Shown piece by piece: positions 61,622 to 64,000 of a stretch of DNA of 64,000 nt. The notes under the pieces were generated by a model, which saw only the letters and a program-made list of their open reading frames with translations, was not told the DNA's origin and made no database searches. Source of the stretch: Vezdaea acicularis (Eukaryota). Positions within the stretch are counted from its first letter, which is position 1, and each line of letters starts with the position of its first letter. The position numbers were made by a program, and so were the translations under genes. The stretch lies in the NCBI GenBank assembly GCA_026025075.1, contig JAPEUI010000022.1, positions 1-64,000 on the forward strand. The letters run 5' to 3'.

Positions 61622-64000
61622 CTACGACAGAAGCTCTCGGATATCCTCAATGCGTTGAACCTTCCTGTCCTCTTCGCTCATCATTCCCAAACTGGTGGCT
61701 CTGCGCGCACTTTCTGTCAGCCTCGCCTAAAACCCCCCACTTCCAGCATCCGCTATAGCCGAACCCCAGTGGATGGGAAAGCCACAAAAGTTATGGATGG
61801 AAAAGTAAAAAAATGGAACGGGATTACAACTTAGAGTGACAAGACTTACATGAATTTTTTACGCTCCTGAATCTTCAACATCCGCCCTTCGACACTATCC
61901 TTAACAATGAACCGCACCACCTTCACCTCTTCATCTTGACCCATCCGATGCACCCGATCGATGGCTTGGGCTTCGACGGCCCAGCTCCACCATGGATCCA
62001 TCATGTACACGCGCTTTGCCATTGTGAGGTTCAAGCCGACACCTCCTGCTCTCAGACTGAGTAACAATACGACGCCTTTGGCGCTCTTCGCGAACTGGCC
62101 GAGCACCGCCGCTCGGGCCTTCTGAGCGATTGAGCCGTCGAATCGTAGGTACGGAATGCCGTCACGAGCTAGCGCCGGCTCAATCATATCCAAAAATGAG
62201 GTGAATTGACTGAAGACGACACTCTTCATGAGCGGTGCTTCCCTTCTCGTGCTCTTTAAACTCGCGACCAGGGCTGCGATTTTCGCAGACGAGTTTGCAC
62301 CAATCCGACGTAGCGAGACGCGCGGTCTCTCTGCATTATCGTCATACATATCGTCGTCGTGCTTGATAACCTCGAAGATGTCTCGCGGGTTGAGCGCTTC
62401 GCGACAACTGAAGCAGCGCGGCCACTCGCCTTTGTCTTTCTGATGCTCGATGTAGTCGAGTAGGCACTTTTTGCATGCTGAATGCCAGCAGCCTGTAACA
62501 GCTTGCTCGATCATCGGCTCTTCGCTGCAAATGGGGCATTCGTTGGAGGATTCCTCGAGGATTTGCGTAAGGACATGCGCGCCGTATTTGTTCGCATCTG
62601 TTTCTTCGGAGTCGAGCGTAAAGCGGTTGATGAGTTCTTGGAGGTCCATGTCATCTGCTAGCCCATTTGCGATGTCTGCCGCTGCAGCGGCGTCTTCTTC
62701 GTCAGCGACGATGCTTTTGTTACGAGTCAAGATCGGGTGACAGCAAGATTGGCGAAGGCGAAGAATCTGTGCGAAAATCGTCGTGTAGCTTTTAAGCAGT
62801 GTGCCAGCCTCCACGTTTGCGGCAAATGTCCTCTTTGCGCGGGTGAATATATGATCATAGACCTCTCGCTCCGGTTTCGATAGCTCGATCTCAGAGATGT
62901 CGATGGAGCGGGGTGGAAGCGGGACCAGGGCCTCGCCATTCGGGGTTTTCATGTCTTTCGTCCGGCGAAGAACAAGAGGTTCCAGGACCGTTTGCACGAC
63001 GTCCAGGGCGCGGATGAAGTCCTTAGATTCAAACGGGACAGTGATGAATGTTTTCCAGAAGCTGAAATTGCTCCATGGCTCCACACGTAAGAAGCGGACA
63101 AGACTAAAGAGATCCTCTAGTCGGTTAACTATCGGCGTTCCCGTAAGAACCCAGCGATGCTCAGCTGCAAGCTCATAACATGCCTTTGCAGTCTTCGACT
63201 GCCGGTTCTTGATGTGATGGGCCTCATCCAAGATGATACGGAAATATTCGAGAGAGAAGAGACCACCAAGCGAACCACGATTGCCATGGCTCGCAGCTAC
63301 TTGATTGAATTCGGACAAGACAACACCGTAGCTTGTTATGATTAGATCGGGAGCTGAGGCAGCATTTGCCTCACAGCACAGAGTCTGAAGATTAGCTGTT
63401 TTCTCATTGCCATAGTATACCATCGATTTCATCGTGCCCGGTTTGGATGCTCTTTCCGCCTCGCTCTGCCACTGGGCTAGTAGTGACATTGGCGCAATGA
63501 CTAAAGTAGTGCATGGTGCTCGCTCAACGGATGAAGAATCCTTCGGTAGTCTTGGGAGATGATTGACAGAAGATGTCGGCCCAACTTGCCTGCCAGCAAC
63601 GTCGGATTTGTGGGAATGAATTAAGCTGAGCATTTCGATTGTTTTTCCAAGCCCCATTTCTACCATTGTCAATCAGTGTCAAGAGCCATATTTGACCTAC
63701 AGGGAGACTCACCATCCGCCAAGATACCACCCAAGCAGTTCTGTTCTTGGACGGGAAATTCTAAGGAGAGCTCGCCTGAGTAAGGATTCACATAGAAGCT
63801 CTCCTGATCAATCACTATAGGGAGCTCCTGTCCATCGACATCTTTTGTGGGCCAGGCATACTGCTCCCAAAGTGGGTGCATGGACACAGTCCTCTCAGCT
63901 TTCTCATCTTTCTCTTTGCCCATCATCCAGTGCAGGGCCTGCTTCTGATAGTGCCTTAGATCCATATCAAAAGATCCTGCGGGCTGGGCAGCTGGTGTGT
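61622..64000 (-). CDS. RAD5: DNA repair protein Rad5 (SNF2 helicase + RING finger), 5' part outside the window
   Basis: LRHYQKQAL.WM, GGILAD/EMGLGKT, IILDEAH, WVLTGTPIVNRLEDL, RING CPIC..CWH..CKKC..CFSC, SLRAGGVGLNLT, QAIDRVHRMGQ; last exon ATSLGMMSEEDRKVQRIEDIRELLS*. Confidence 0.95.

Noticed and set aside
1..64000. CRISPR arrays, rRNA, tRNA, secondary-metabolite backbone genes
   Set aside because: None seen by eye; a tRNAscan-SE/Infernal run would be needed to exclude small RNA genes

Overview
Eukaryotic, intron-containing DNA from a filamentous ascomycete (Pezizomycotina-like gene content; short GT-AG introns with CTRAY branch sites). It holds about 22 protein-coding genes, mostly housekeeping: a GPI-type secreted Ser/Thr-rich protein, a PIG-Y-domain protein, SNF4, dihydroxyacetone kinase, Sm D2 (missed by the ORF track), an Ams2/SPT21 GATA factor, RPA3, an ATF/CREB bZIP, EHD3, mitoribosomal uL4m and mL38, an STL1-like MFS sugar porter, an aldo-keto reductase, a DUF676-like hydrolase, CSL4, a cupin, an atypical multi-homeodomain orphan, a PLAC8 protein, CAND1, a tyrosinase, a Lys-tailed orphan and the 3' part of RAD5. 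The most unusual elements are: (1) a complete Tc1/mariner-type transposon (45-bp TIRs, DD38E-spaced transposase with one nonsense codon) flanked by a CTC duplication instead of the canonical TA, in the sugar-transporter promoter; (2) an impala/mimp-like MITE upstream of a divergent homeodomain gene lacking Asn51; (3) a cluster of two MITEs and a Tc1 5' remnant at 56.2-57.4 kb; (4) two oversized DAK introns with coding-like structure; (5) three adjacent mitoribosome-associated genes. All calls come from reading and translating the sequence by eye; no database searches were run.
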